DNA from: Thermoproteota archaeon
GTDB taxonomy: Archaea > Korarchaeota > Korarchaeia > Korarchaeales > Korarchaeaceae
DNA length: 64,000 nt
NCBI GenBank assembly: GCA_027491415.1
Contig: JAOZFH010000047.1
Span: 1-64,000 of the forward strand
Direction of reading: 5' to 3'
Each line of letters starts with the position of its first letter. Position 1 is the stretch's first letter. The translations under genes were made by a program, and so were the position numbers. The notes below the pieces were generated by a model, which was not told where the DNA came from, made no database searches, and saw nothing but the letters and a program-made list of their open reading frames with translations. This document shows, piece after piece, positions 36,724 through 44,995 of the stretch.

Positions 36724-38175
36724 TTGTCAGGGTTATTATCCGACTTCACCCGGCTTCTCGGGATGGGTTTGGAGGAGTTCGGCGGATCGCCCTTTGATAG
36801 CCTGCTGACGAAGATCCAACGAAGAGCAGCCAGGGTCTCCGTGCTGGGGCAGGGATACATCGGGCTGCCAATATCCCTGTTGTTGGCCATATCGGGCTTT
36901 GAGGTGGTCGGCTACGACGTAAACGAGAGGCTCGTGGAGGGCCTGAACTCGGGGACCACCCCCTACCCCGGCGAGCCCGACCTCCCCGAACTCCTCCGAC
37001 AGGGACTCAGTTCTGGGAATTACAGGCCCACGGCCGACCCTGACGATATATCCGGGGCTGATGCCTTCATAATCGCCGTTCCGACCCCCAGAATTAACGG
37101 GGGGGAGCCAAACCTCGCGTACCTGCTCGATGCCATCGAGACCGTAAAGAGGTCAATCAAGGGAGACGCCGTTGTGATCGTGGAGAGCACGGTCCCCCCG
37201 GGTACCACGTCGGGTATCGTGGCCACGTCCCTTCTCAGAGAAATTCCCCACCGAGTGTTCATAGCCCACTGCCCGGAGAGGGCCATGCCCGGCCAGCTAA
37301 TCAGAGAACTCACAGAGGCGAGCAGGATTGTCGGGGGAATCGATGAGGAGTCTGCGCTGCTGGCCAAGGAACTTTACAGCTCATTCAGCCGGGGCGAGAT
37401 AATCACCACCGACGCGACAACGTCCGAGGTTGTGAAGCTCGTGGAGAACACGTACAGGGACGTGAACATCGCCCTGGCGAATGAAGTCGCCAGGATATGC
37501 TCGGTGTTGGGGGTCAGCGCTAGAGAGGTCATAGAACTCGCTAATCTCCATCCGAGAGTCAACCTGTTGAAGCCCGGGATAGGGGTCGGCGGGAGCTGCC
37601 TCACGAAGGACCCCCTCTTCCTGGCCAACGCCTCGACCGAGAGGGGATACCCTCCGGAACTCGTCATCTGTGCGAGGAAGTTGAATGAAGATATGCCGAG
37701 GGTCGCGGCCAGGCAGATAATATCCTTCTTGGAAGAGACGGGTGGCGTTGAGGGGGCCGTCGTGGCCATCTTGGGCACGGCATATAAGGGCGGGGTGGGG
37801 GACGCAAGAGAAAGTCCTGTAAAGGATCTAGTCTCCGTTCTTAAGTCAGCAGGAGTCCGTGTCCGAGCCTACGACCCCAGATGTGAGGAGTATTTCGGGG
37901 CTGAGGTTGCCGGAAGCCCTTATGAGGCTGCAGAGGGCGCCAGGTGCATCGTTCTGGCCACGGACCACCCCGAGTTCAAGTCTCTAGATCTCGCCAGACT
38001 GAGGGCGGCTTGCGCAGAAGGGGGACCAGTACTTCTGTACGACGGGAGGCTCATGTTCGAGAGAAAGAGGGTAGAAGAGGTCGGATTCGTCTACTCCGGG
38101 GTCGGGGAACCCCTGCTCAGGCCTTCCGAGCTACTTGAAGTAAGAGTTGGAACGCGTCGAGGATCTTTGGCCTGA
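36724..38175 (+). CDS. UDP-N-acetyl-D-mannosamine/nucleotide-sugar dehydrogenase (WecC family)
   Basis: GQGYIG, AVPTP, ESTVPPGTT, HCPER, KLVENTYRDVNIA, GVGGSC, DARESP; true start may be ATG 36763. Confidence 0.92.
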   Translation: MSGLLSDFTRLLGMGLEEFGGSPFDSLLTKIQRRAARVSVLGQGYIGLPISLLLAISGFEVVGYDVNERLVEGLNSGTTPYPGEPDLPELLRQGLSSGNYRPTADPDDISGADAFIIAVPTPRINGGEPNLAYLLDAIETVKRSIKGDAVVIVESTVPPGTTSGIVATSLLREIPHRVFIAHCPERAMPGQLIRELTEASRIVGGIDEESALLAKELYSSFSRGEIITTDATTSEVVKLVENTYRDVNIALANEVARICSVLGVSAREVIELANLHPRVNLLKPGIGVGGSCLTKDPLFLANASTERGYPPELVICARKLNEDMPRVAARQIISFLEETGGVEGAVVAILGTAYKGGVGDARESPVKDLVSVLKSAGVRVRAYDPRCEEYFGAEVAGSPYEAAEGARCIVLATDHPEFKSLDLARLRAACAEGGPVLLYDGRLMFERKRVEEVGFVYSGVGEPLLRPSELLEVRVGTRRGSLA

Positions 38176-39205
38176 CCTTAGCCCCCCTCAATGCGGCCTT
38201 GACGGCTGAGTACGCGGCCGGGTGGACGAAAGCAACGTAGGTCAGGCCCTCCCCCTCCGCCTGGGATGCTATTTCCCTTCCAAGACGCTCGATAACGTCC
38301 GGTCTCGCGTTGTAAGTCACCAAATATCCGCAGGAGGCGCAGATTTTCGAGTAGACCACGGGGACGTTGGCCTCCGATAGGATCTGGAACATGGCCTCGT
38401 TGGCACCTTCGTGCCAGCAGTCTGGCACTAGAAGCACCCCTCTCGAGAATTTCTTTGAGGCCATCTTCTCATCCACGACATTCGCATCGGAAAGGGATTC
38501 GTGAAGGGTCTTTGCAGTTAAGCCGGCCTCAGAGAGTCTAGAAGCCGCTTCAGGGCAGGCTGTAACGATTCTTTCGACTCCCCGCTCCCTGAGAATTTCC
38601 GACAGAGACTCCAGCTCCTCTCTAGCCTCATCGAAGTATCCCGCCAGCCTTAGAACCTCCCCGCAGGATGGGCGAGAGTCGGCCAGTGAGGGTACGCTCA
38701 GCCATCTCATCGCCAGTTCGGATGCGGCAACGGCCGCTTCGGGAGAATTCAGGACCCAGCGGCCCAAGTAAAGGATCGATGATCCGCCCTCCTCTGGTGG
38801 ACTCCACGCCCCCTCTTGTGCTGCAGGTTCAAATAGGGGCAGGTTCGTCCTAATTTTTCTGGGCAGGGCGGCGACTTCCAGTGGAGGAACATATCCTAGG
38901 TCTATCAGCTCCTTCCTGGTCCTAAGTATGAGTTCAGAGGGCCTGACGTCGTAGGGGCAGGGTGGATCGCATCTCCCGCAGAGAACAGATATGTACATGT
39001 GCTCGATCTTGTCGATGAAGACGGGGATGTCTCTGAGGGCCAACATTGAGGCCAGGTTGACCCAGCCCCTCGGTGAGTACGCCTCGTTGAACTGTAGGGT
39101 TCTGTGAACTGGACAGTGGAGGTTGCATTCGCCACACCTAAGGCAGAATTGGAGCCCCCTAGTGAGGTCCTCGCTGAATAGTGGCTCCTTTTCCTCTGAC
39201 GACAT
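38117..39205 (-). CDS. GlcF/HdrD-like Fe-S oxidoreductase subunit, degenerate CCG domains
   Basis: CLRCGECNLHCP, SPRG, SVLCGRCDPPCP, PSCG, VTACP, CASCG. Confidence 0.82.
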   Translation of the reverse strand: MSSEEKEPLFSEDLTRGLQFCLRCGECNLHCPVHRTLQFNEAYSPRGWVNLASMLALRDIPVFIDKIEHMYISVLCGRCDPPCPYDVRPSELILRTRKELIDLGYVPPLEVAALPRKIRTNLPLFEPAAQEGAWSPPEEGGSSILYLGRWVLNSPEAAVAASELAMRWLSVPSLADSRPSCGEVLRLAGYFDEAREELESLSEILRERGVERIVTACPEAASRLSEAGLTAKTLHESLSDANVVDEKMASKKFSRGVLLVPDCWHEGANEAMFQILSEANVPVVYSKICASCGYLVTYNARPDVIERLGREIASQAEGEGLTYVAFVHPAAYSAVKAALRGAKVRPKILDAFQLLLQVARKA

Positions 39206-39210
39206 GCCCC

Positions 39211-40563
39211 TTATCCCCCTCTAGTTGGCACGATCTTACCCGGATTCAAGATCCACGCTGGATCAAAGACCTTCTTGAGCAGAGCGAAGGCAGCCGCCGC
39301 CTCCGGCCTGTGCTTGGCGAAGGCATGGGCCATGGTGCGACCTATCCCGGTCCCAAATCCCAGAACTCCCCCGTTACCGGCAAACAGCTCGGCCGCGCTC
39401 TGAGAAGCTGATACCGCCCTCCCTAAGAGTTTGTCGTCTAGGGGATCGAAGAGGAATCCCACAGTCACCCATCCGAGAGGCACTGAGGATACGGTCAGCG
39501 TAGAGACCCTGTACCTTGAGGCGGTTCTGTCTATCTCGGGGATGATGTCGCGGAGCGTGGATCTGGGGAGCGCCGCGCTCACGAATATCGCAGCCTGCTT
39601 GGCTTGCTTTATCGCCCTTATGATCGGCTCGTTTCTGTCCGGCAGCTGCCCATCAAGCACATCGTGGCTCAGCGGTTTGAACTCCTCAAGCACCTCTCGC
39701 AGGATCTTTGAGTTGGATTCTATGCACTCGGAGGTCCCCGTGAAGGTGATCAGGGCTCTAGCGCCCGCCTCCTGCTCTCCCTCCGCGACCTCCAAGACAT
39801 CCCTATGAAACACGTCCATGGCGGCTGGCCTCGCTCCTCTCTCAGCTAACTCCGAGAGTAGAGCCAGGGCGTCAAGTGAATCGAGTAGATCGAGCGAGTG
39901 CGTCACCACCTGAGGCCGCCTCGCCAACCTGATGGTCACCCGGGTTATGACGGCCAGGGTGCCCTCCGAACCCAAAATGGAGTCCATCAAGAACCTGGGT
40001 CCTCCGGCCTGGTAGCCCCTGAGGTCGATCCACCGGCCAGCAGGCGTCACCGCCCTTAAGCCTACGACGAAATTCCTCATGGTCCCGTAGCTCACAGACA
40101 GGCTCGATGCGGCGTCCGTGGCCGCGAGTCCCCCTATCGTCGCGCTGCCACCACCAGCTAGTCCAATAGGGAGAAAGAAATCGCCCCCGAGCTTTTCCTC
40201 AAGCTCCTTAACCCTGAGGCCTGGGCCAGCCTCGACCGTCCCCTCCTCTTCGTCTAGTTCGAACACCTCATCCAAGCCCGTGAGATCCAGAACCACGCCA
40301 CCCTCAACCGGAATGGGTCCCCCAACCAGGGAAGTGGCCGCCCCTCGTGGGGTCACGAAGAACTCATGCTCCGTCGCCGCCTGCAGAACCTCTCCGACCT
40401 CCTCCTCCGACGTGGGACGGACGACGGCATCCGGCATCTGCCTGACGTTAGAAGCGTCGAAGGAGAAGGTGGCAAGCGAGATCTCGTCTGACAGTATTCT
40501 ATCGTCACCCAGAATCTTACCCAGTATCTTCACGAGGTCTTCTGGCATCTTGCAGTCTGCCAA
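39211..40563 (-). CDS. GlcD/D-lactate-dehydrogenase-like FAD-linked oxidoreductase, divergent C-terminal site
   Basis: PDAVVRP, PRGAATSLVGG, ATIGG, YG.MR, GSEGTLAVIT, DP..ILNPGK. Confidence 0.85.
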   Translation of the reverse strand: MADCKMPEDLVKILGKILGDDRILSDEISLATFSFDASNVRQMPDAVVRPTSEEEVGEVLQAATEHEFFVTPRGAATSLVGGPIPVEGGVVLDLTGLDEVFELDEEEGTVEAGPGLRVKELEEKLGGDFFLPIGLAGGGSATIGGLAATDAASSLSVSYGTMRNFVVGLRAVTPAGRWIDLRGYQAGGPRFLMDSILGSEGTLAVITRVTIRLARRPQVVTHSLDLLDSLDALALLSELAERGARPAAMDVFHRDVLEVAEGEQEAGARALITFTGTSECIESNSKILREVLEEFKPLSHDVLDGQLPDRNEPIIRAIKQAKQAAIFVSAALPRSTLRDIIPEIDRTASRYRVSTLTVSSVPLGWVTVGFLFDPLDDKLLGRAVSASQSAAELFAGNGGVLGFGTGIGRTMAHAFAKHRPEAAAAFALLKKVFDPAWILNPGKIVPTRGG

Positions 40564-40609
40564 AGTCTCCGGAGAAATGGTTTAAGATTTCGCGCTCAAC
40601 ACCAACGCG

Positions 40610-41713
40610 ATGCCATACGAGAGTCCTCTACTGGAAGCGCATGAGCAATTGGGGGCTGATTTTACGTTATTTGCCGGGTGGAAAATGCCCCTGAGATACA
40701 CAAGCGCCATCAAGGAAACCCTCGCTGTTAGAAACTCCGCTGGGATTTTCGACGTCTCCCACATGGGACGACTGAGGATCAGAGGACCGGATGCGGCGAG
40801 GTTCCTGAACTACACCACGTCAAATCAGGTCGACGCGGAAGTCGGCAGGAGCAGGTATACCCTGACGCTCAACCCGCGGGGTGGGATCAAGGACGACGAC
40901 ATGACCTTCCGTCTGGGGCCTGAGGAGTACATCGTCGTGGTGAATGCAGCCAGTAGAGAAAAGATTGTCTCCTGGTTTGAGACGATAGCCTCAGAGCGGG
41001 AGTTTAATGTGAGCATAACCGATGAGACGTTTGAATCCGCGATGCTGGCGGTCCAAGGCCCGCTGGCCAGGGAGCGAGTTCACGAAGTGATTGGAAGGCC
41101 CGTCAAGATGAAGAAGTTCAGGAACGCGCTAATCCAGGCGTACGGGAACCAAGTGCTCATCAGCCGGACGGGATATACCGGCGAAGACGGGTACGAGGTG
41201 ATATTTTGGGACGCCTCAGCCGCATCTCGATTCCTGAGGGACCTCGTCGAGGCCGGGGTAACTCCCTGCGGCTTGGGCGCCAGGGACATACTCAGGCTTG
41301 AGGCCGGCCTCCCACTCTACGGAACCGATATGACCGAGGACACCACGCCCGTGGAGGCAGACCTAATGTTCGCGGTGAGCATGGAGAAGGGAGAGTTCAT
41401 CGGGAAGCAGGCTGTGGATGAGATCCTTCAGACGGGACCCGCGGAAAGGAGAGTTGGACTGAAGAGCTCCTCGCGAAGGGCGCCGAGGCATGGAGACAGT
41501 CTCGTCAAAGACGGTGAGGTCGTGGGCCGGGTCACGAGCGGCGTGTACAGCCCCACCGTGGGAGTCGGCGTGGCAATGGGATACGTGAGATCGGATCTAG
41601 CGAGCCCCGGCGTTGATCTATTGGCGGAGGGCGTTGGAAAAATAGAGGTGCAGGTTGTGGACATGCCTTTCTACGACACGACGAGATATGGGTGGAGGAG
41701 GAAAAGAGAGTAG
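40610..41713 (+). CDS. gcvT: Glycine cleavage system aminomethyltransferase T
   Basis: FAGW.MP..Y, FDVSHMG, GGIKDD, VVNAA, AVQGP, SRTGYTGEDGYE, GLGARD.LRLEAG. Confidence 0.96.
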   Translation: MPYESPLLEAHEQLGADFTLFAGWKMPLRYTSAIKETLAVRNSAGIFDVSHMGRLRIRGPDAARFLNYTTSNQVDAEVGRSRYTLTLNPRGGIKDDDMTFRLGPEEYIVVVNAASREKIVSWFETIASEREFNVSITDETFESAMLAVQGPLARERVHEVIGRPVKMKKFRNALIQAYGNQVLISRTGYTGEDGYEVIFWDASAASRFLRDLVEAGVTPCGLGARDILRLEAGLPLYGTDMTEDTTPVEADLMFAVSMEKGEFIGKQAVDEILQTGPAERRVGLKSSSRRAPRHGDSLVKDGEVVGRVTSGVYSPTVGVGVAMGYVRSDLASPGVDLLAEGVGKIEVQVVDMPFYDTTRYGWRRKRE

Positions 41714-41719
41714 GAGGGG

Positions 41720-42079
41720 CTACTCTTCCCTCTCCCCGCCCCTGACTACACCCAGTACCACATGGCTCACAGTCTTGGCCAGTCTCCTCGTCTCAGCGAT
41801 CTTTACGACATCCCCCTCCTTGACATCGATGCACGGTGGCAGGTGCGCGTGGATCTTGCTCCTCCTTCTCTCGTACCTCTTGAACTTCGGCACGTAATGG
41901 AGGTAGCTTATTTGAACAGTGACCGTCCGAGTCATCTTCGTCGAAACGACCTCTCCGACTAGGGTCTTTCCCCTGACTGATATCGTGCCGTGCCAGGGGC
42001 ACTTGTCGTCGTCGCACTCCCTTTCGGGCGGTATCACATCTGAGACCAGATAGTCAGGAAGGGACCTAACCCTGCTCAT
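41720..42079 (-). CDS. rps17: 30S ribosomal protein uS17
   Basis: CDDDKCPWHG, KFKRYERRRSKIHAH.PPC, IAETRRLAKT. Confidence 0.97.
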   Translation of the reverse strand: MSRVRSLPDYLVSDVIPPERECDDDKCPWHGTISVRGKTLVGEVVSTKMTRTVTVQISYLHYVPKFKRYERRRSKIHAHLPPCIDVKEGDVVKIAETRRLAKTVSHVVLGVVRGGEREE

Positions 42080-42384
42080 ATCCTCTTCACCCTCTCCTCC
42101 GGTCTTCCTACAATCTTATCGCCAAGAACCCTGACGCGCCTGCCGGATGGCAGGGTAAACAAAAACACTCTGTGAGACTTAGGTATCAGGCGGCGTCCTC
42201 TGCGGGTCTCCAGCACGAGTAGGTGGTGGGTTTCATCTACCACGACTCCCGAGAGCCCGACCTGATCCGGATCCGGGGAGGACTCCACCTCAACTTTTAG
42301 CCCAATCAGCTCGTGGTATATCAGGTCAGATGGCTTCCTCGGAATTTTGACACGACGATAGAACTCCTCAAAGGCGTTTATCAA
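42076..42384 (-). CDS. rnp1: RNase P protein subunit Rpp29
   Basis: HELIGL.V.V, G.SGVVVDET, IPK...F.F, GRPEERVK; canonical position before uS17. Confidence 0.95.
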   Translation of the reverse strand: MINAFEEFYRRVKIPRKPSDLIYHELIGLKVEVESSPDPDQVGLSGVVVDETHHLLVLETRRGRRLIPKSHRVFLFTLPSGRRVRVLGDKIVGRPEERVKRI

Positions 42385-42599
42385 GCCATGAACCCCCTCT
42401 CTCGCATTACGGTGAGCACTCGGGCGATCTGCCTGCGCACCAGCTTGAACTTGTGCACCTGCTCAGGAGGCGCGCCTGCGGCCAGCTTGGCCTGCAGATC
42501 GAAGTACTCCCGCCGCAGTTCACTGAGCCTATTCCTCAGCTCCTTCTCCGACAGCGTCCTCAGCTCCTCCAGAGTCTCGTTCCTCAACGGCAGATTCAC
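42381..42599 (-). CDS. rpl29: 50S ribosomal protein uL29
   Basis: ELR.LS..EL...L.ELR, RRQIARVLTVMRE; start GTG 42599 or CTG 42593. Confidence 0.95.
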   Translation of the reverse strand: MNLPLRNETLEELRTLSEKELRNRLSELRREYFDLQAKLAAGAPPEQVHKFKLVRRQIARVLTVMRERGFMA

Positions 42600-43377
42600 T
42601 CACCCCCTCAACCACACTCTCTTCGGCTTCGAGAGACCCTTCTTCGGCCTCCTCACCCGGGGTGTCGGAAGTCCCTTCCAGGAGTTCGGGCGGGATCTCC
42701 TCGCCCTCCCCGCCCTCGCCAGGTGCCTCACCTGAGAACTCCGCGAGGACTTCCTCCACCCTCTCAGGAATCACGATTATCTGATCTGGCATTGTGGACT
42801 CGTCAACCGGCTTGACAATTCTGACGCGGATCCCCAGCATGCCTTGAGGGAGCATAACGTGCCTGACCGCGTAATCCACGTAGCTCGTCGGCTCCTCACC
42901 GCAGCGGTAGATGACGCCCGCCCTAAATCTCTCCTCTCGGGCCCTCTGGCCGGTGAACTTCCCGGCTATCCTTATCTCAACGCCCTTGGCTCCCGAGGCC
43001 ATCACCCTTCGGAGGGCGGCGAAGGCAGCCCTCTTGTGCCGCTCTCCCCTCATTATTCTCCTTGCAATGTAGTTCGCGACTATGCTGGCACTTAGGAAGG
43101 GCTGCTCAACCTTCTCCACCCTCAAGTACGGGTTCTGGAACCCAAACTCTCTCTTGAGGATCTCAGTGAGCCTCTTGGCTATCCTGCCGCCCCTCCCGAT
43201 GACAAGCCCCGGCCTCTCCACGTAAAGCGTCACCACATCCCTGACCGGCGTCGTGACCACCTTGGCTCCGTGGAACCCCGCCCTATCGAGTTCTCCCTGA
43301 AGGAACTCGTAGACTCTGGCCTTGATCAGGCCCTCTTCAATTATCTTCTTGTAAGTTGGGCTTGCCTTGGCGCTCAA
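42529..43377 (-). CDS. rps3: 30S ribosomal protein uS3 with long acidic C-terminal tail
   Basis: RPGLVIGRGG KH domain, GAKGVEIRIAGK, RAR.E.F..G, GMLGIRVRI. Confidence 0.96.
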   Translation of the reverse strand: MSAKASPTYKKIIEEGLIKARVYEFLQGELDRAGFHGAKVVTTPVRDVVTLYVERPGLVIGRGGRIAKRLTEILKREFGFQNPYLRVEKVEQPFLSASIVANYIARRIMRGERHKRAAFAALRRVMASGAKGVEIRIAGKFTGQRAREERFRAGVIYRCGEEPTSYVDYAVRHVMLPQGMLGIRVRIVKPVDESTMPDQIIVIPERVEEVLAEFSGEAPGEGGEGEEIPPELLEGTSDTPGEEAEEGSLEAEESVVEGVSESAVEERDSGGAEDAVGEGAEE

Positions 43378-43384
43378 GCCACGA

Positions 43385-43849
43385 TCACCCCCGCTCCTCC
43401 AGGACCACCTCTACGTGGACCAGCTGCTCTACCTTGGGAGTGGCCCTCCCGAAGGCCCTCGGGAAGAACCTCCTTAGCTTCGGTCCCTGCTGGGCTGCTA
43501 TGTGCCTAATGAACAGCCTCTCCGTGTCGAGCCCCTTCTGCTCGGCGTTGGCCTCAGCGCTCTTGAGAAGCTTCATCACCAGCTTGGCGGCCTTCACCGG
43601 ATACCTGCCAGCCTTCCAGCCCTGGAGCTGCCGCCGGTGGCCCACGCCCTTCTTGTACCTCTTGAAGGGAACGGGCCTCCTGAGGGAGATCACGTCCTCT
43701 AGTATCCTGCGAGCGTCTTCGAGAGATTTACCCCTGAGCTCACGAACGAGCTCAACCATCTCCTTGAAAGAGACTCTGAGGTCCCTGGCAGAGGCCTTCA
43801 CTTGGTTTTCAGCGAGTTCCTCCGCGTAAGAGTATCCAAAGTTCGGCAC
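43385..43849 (-). CDS. rpl22: 50S ribosomal protein uL22
   Basis: LRVSFK, PVPFKRY...VGH, GRYPVKAA, NAEQKGLD, PRAFGRA. Confidence 0.97.
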   Translation of the reverse strand: MPNFGYSYAEELAENQVKASARDLRVSFKEMVELVRELRGKSLEDARRILEDVISLRRPVPFKRYKKGVGHRRQLQGWKAGRYPVKAAKLVMKLLKSAEANAEQKGLDTERLFIRHIAAQQGPKLRRFFPRAFGRATPKVEQLVHVEVVLEERG

Positions 43850-43893
43850 TGAGCCACCACCTCTAGCTTTCGCCCAGACCGAGTTGGTGAGGT

Positions 43894-43901
43894 TATTTAA
43901 A
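43894..43901 (-). promoter_or_regulatory. TATA box for rpl22-rps3-rpl29-rnp1-rps17 operon
   Basis: TTTAAATA on minus strand about 45 nt upstream of rpl22 start, followed by SD GAGGTGG. Confidence 0.6.
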
Positions 43902-43917
43902 CATGGTTCGGAGAGTC

Positions 43918-44943
43918 CTACTGAGGTCTTCTCTTCTCCCTCTTCAACAGCGCGTACACCAGGACGACCGCCCCGGCTAGGGGAGGGACGAGCGGGAGTA
44001 TCACGGCGCCGGCGCCTGTTAAACCAGTTCCACTGATCTTCAGCTTACCGAGATCTACTCTAATTCCCTCTGGATCGTCGACGGCGCTGAGTTCCCAAAC
44101 GACCAAGTTCGTGTCCAGCTTAAAGGGGTTTGGATCGGCGCTGACTATAGATTGGTCGGGAACTTCCTCCCTGAAAATCAGGGTGTAGGCTGCTCCCTTC
44201 GGGAGAGCCGTTGTGATGGGGTCCAAGTACACCGAGGTGACGTCTCCCTCCCTCTTGAGGGGGTAGGGCGATTCGAAAGACACCGTCTTCCCGCTGATCT
44301 CGTAGGCCAGGTCTCCAACCCAGTCAGGCTTCACTGGGGGTTGGGGAGACTGTAGAACGAAGTGGATCCTGTACTCCTCCAAAAATGGCGTCTCGCTCCT
44401 CACCGGGGCCTCTACCGTGAATCCCCTGCCGGTCAGGTTCTTGCCCGTCACGGGGTTCGTGAAGTTGACTATTAGGTCGGTTCTCACGGTGGGCCTTGGG
44501 ATCATGAGAAAGCCCTCCCCGAACAGCGTCTTCATCAGCTCCTGGAGCGCGAGGTACGGAGACCCCATGGACTGAAGAGAGTTCCATAGCCTGATCGCCA
44601 AGTCCGGGTTGGCACCCTCGGGTAGGTTCGGAGTTATGTAGAGTCGATAGGTCCCCGCGAGCGCGTCTCCTGACCTCTTCAGCTCAACGTACCCCTCATA
44701 CCTTATGCCCATCGCCAGAGGGATCCCTCTCCTGGTGTAGTAGCTGAATTCTATCGTCGAGAAGGGTCTGTGAATGTACCCCGAGAAGTTAGCGCTGAAG
44801 TCCGGGTTGAGCGTGATCGTCACGACGGACTCGTCTGGGAACGGGGTTTCCATCCCCACCGGCGGAATTGAGTTGGCAATGGGAGCCGATACCATCATCA
44901 GGGATGCCAGTGACGTGACCACGATCTTAATGAGTCTGTTCAT
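43918..44943 (-). CDS. Hypothetical secreted protein with C-terminal membrane anchor
   Basis: Signal peptide, beta-rich body, C-terminal TM followed by KREKRR; SD GGAGG. Confidence 0.75.
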   Translation of the reverse strand: MNRLIKIVVTSLASLMMVSAPIANSIPPVGMETPFPDESVVTITLNPDFSANFSGYIHRPFSTIEFSYYTRRGIPLAMGIRYEGYVELKRSGDALAGTYRLYITPNLPEGANPDLAIRLWNSLQSMGSPYLALQELMKTLFGEGFLMIPRPTVRTDLIVNFTNPVTGKNLTGRGFTVEAPVRSETPFLEEYRIHFVLQSPQPPVKPDWVGDLAYEISGKTVSFESPYPLKREGDVTSVYLDPITTALPKGAAYTLIFREEVPDQSIVSADPNPFKLDTNLVVWELSAVDDPEGIRVDLGKLKISGTGLTGAGAVILPLVPPLAGAVVLVYALLKREKRRPQ

Positions 44944-44995
44944 TCTCCTTGACCTCCTTCAGGATCGGGGCTCCCGACGGCAGGTTATTTAAATC

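Noticed and set aside
38117-38175. Convergent 3' overlaps (also 9144-9200)
   Set aside because: Common in compact archaeal genomes; no further signal.
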